From contig OZ242365.1 of the NCBI GenBank assembly GCA_965208905.1, forward strand, positions 1,792,001 through 1,856,000: a stretch of DNA of 64,000 nt, read 5' to 3'. A program made the position numbers and the translations under genes. Positions 62,930 to 64,000 of the stretch are shown here, piece after piece. Position 1 is the first letter of the stretch, and each line of letters starts with the position of its first letter. Source of the stretch: Nitrosopumilaceae archaeon (GTDB lineage Archaea; Thermoproteota; Nitrososphaeria; Nitrososphaerales; Nitrosopumilaceae). The notes below the pieces were generated by a model. It was given only the letters and a program-made list of their open reading frames with translations. It was not told the origin of the DNA and searched no databases.

Positions 62930-63371
62930 GTCCGTTGGCAGGGTTCATATCTATGTGTTTGATCCAAACTCTGTCGACCCGCTCCAGTTCGGCACGAATA
63001 TGGTCTATTGTCATATCTGCCTCAGTCAGGGTCAGGGCGGTCTGGCCCACGTATGGCATACCTGCTCCATGCGCCACTATCTTTAGGGTGGCGGACTCTA
63101 CCACAAACGGAAATATTGTATTGGGGTCTTCTGATCCAACCGATGTGATCACATCAAACGCACCAGTACCCTGCTCCATATACAGTGTAAGTGTCTTGTT
63201 CACTTCTGCGTGAATTTGAGACTCTATGCTGCTTAGGTCATATCTAGTACGTTCCTGTGCAGCCACATCGGTCGTCAGTGCGGGAAGCGTTAGCGCTACG
63301 AGCACAACCAGCATCATTACAAAAACAAACGACTGTTCACCGGATATATTTAACAAGTCCAGATTTCTCAT
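62930..63371 (-). pseudogene. Secreted Cache-like domain protein truncated by the transposon
   Basis: Signal peptide, FPFVV....IVAHG, W..H...NPANG; reading frame runs into the TIR and stops. Confidence 0.7.
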
Positions 63372-63412
63372 GTCACTGTAGCATAAATCTTTTTGTGTAC
63401 AGGATTCGCTTT

Positions 63413-64000
63413 TCTGTTGTACAAAAATTAGGTTCGACTAAGTTCTGGTTGCAAGCAAAGGAATACTTCACGCTTTATCGATCACGAAAAAAGATGAAAA
63501 TGACAAAGTTGACGGATAAACAGATACGATACGCCATAAGGGAACGTGGTAAGGGTAAGACGCTTGTTGACATAGCAGACGATATAGGTGTAACACCACA
63601 ACATGTAGGACGACTATGTGCAGAGTTTACAAGAACAGGACAGATACACGTGCAACAAAAGCCAGGCCGGCCAGTCCACCCACCACCGTCGGCAGAGGAG
63701 GTCCGAACCGTGTTGAACAAACATGCAGAGGAAGATGTAGGCATCATACGAACAGCAAGGAGGGTCAGAAAAGACAATCCGAATATAAGCTATGCCACCA
63801 TATATCGCATAATGAAAGAACATGGACTAGTCACATCATCTGTAGCAAAATCCAAAAAAAGAAAATACGTTAGGTATGAGCGCAAATATTCCAATGCCAT
63901 GTGGCATGTTGACTGGCATATAATGAAGGATCAACGCTTTGCAGGGCTCAACCTAGTCACATTTCTAGATGATTCATCAAGGTGTATAACGGGTGCTGCC
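63413..64000 (+). mobile_element. IS481-family element running off the window; transposase ORF open from 63494 to the end
   Basis: Left end tctgttgtacaaaaattaggttcgac resembles the 9633 copy; RYERKYSNAMWHVDW, FLDDSSR. Confidence 0.88.

Overview
This 64-kb window reads as chromosomal DNA from a thaumarchaeote (Nitrososphaerota, Nitrosopumilaceae/Cenarchaeum-like). The assignment rests on PEFG-CTERM and CFI-box-CTERM surface proteins, archaeal GAPDH, rpL40e, UPF0147, a BHB-intron tRNA and gene order. DUF285/FN3 and LVIVD proteins, paralogous solute-binding proteins, many IS relics and decayed genes suggest a host-associated (probably sponge) symbiont; this is inference. Housekeeping blocks include larB-mdh, larC-larE-iscS, nadM, metG, gap, gltX-GGPPS-idi-mvk, sucCD-rpl40e, ilvA, atpF and folD. 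They are interleaved with a phnCDE insert, an HNH-HIT gene, a frameshifted long TnpB, several TnpB/omegaRNA-like relics, IS481/IS630/IS5 copies and a GC-rich 1572-aa adhesin island behind tRNA-Val. The strongest candidate for an undescribed system is a 3.6-kb single-transposase element (59328-62929) with 50-bp terminal inverted repeats. It carries a SWIM/Zn-ribbon IS6-like transposase, an AbrB-like regulator next to paired palindromic boxes, an SPPY-type DNA methyltransferase and a convergent NotI-family endonuclease, making it a putative mobile restriction-modification unit. All calls are from motif recognition by eye; no database searches were run.
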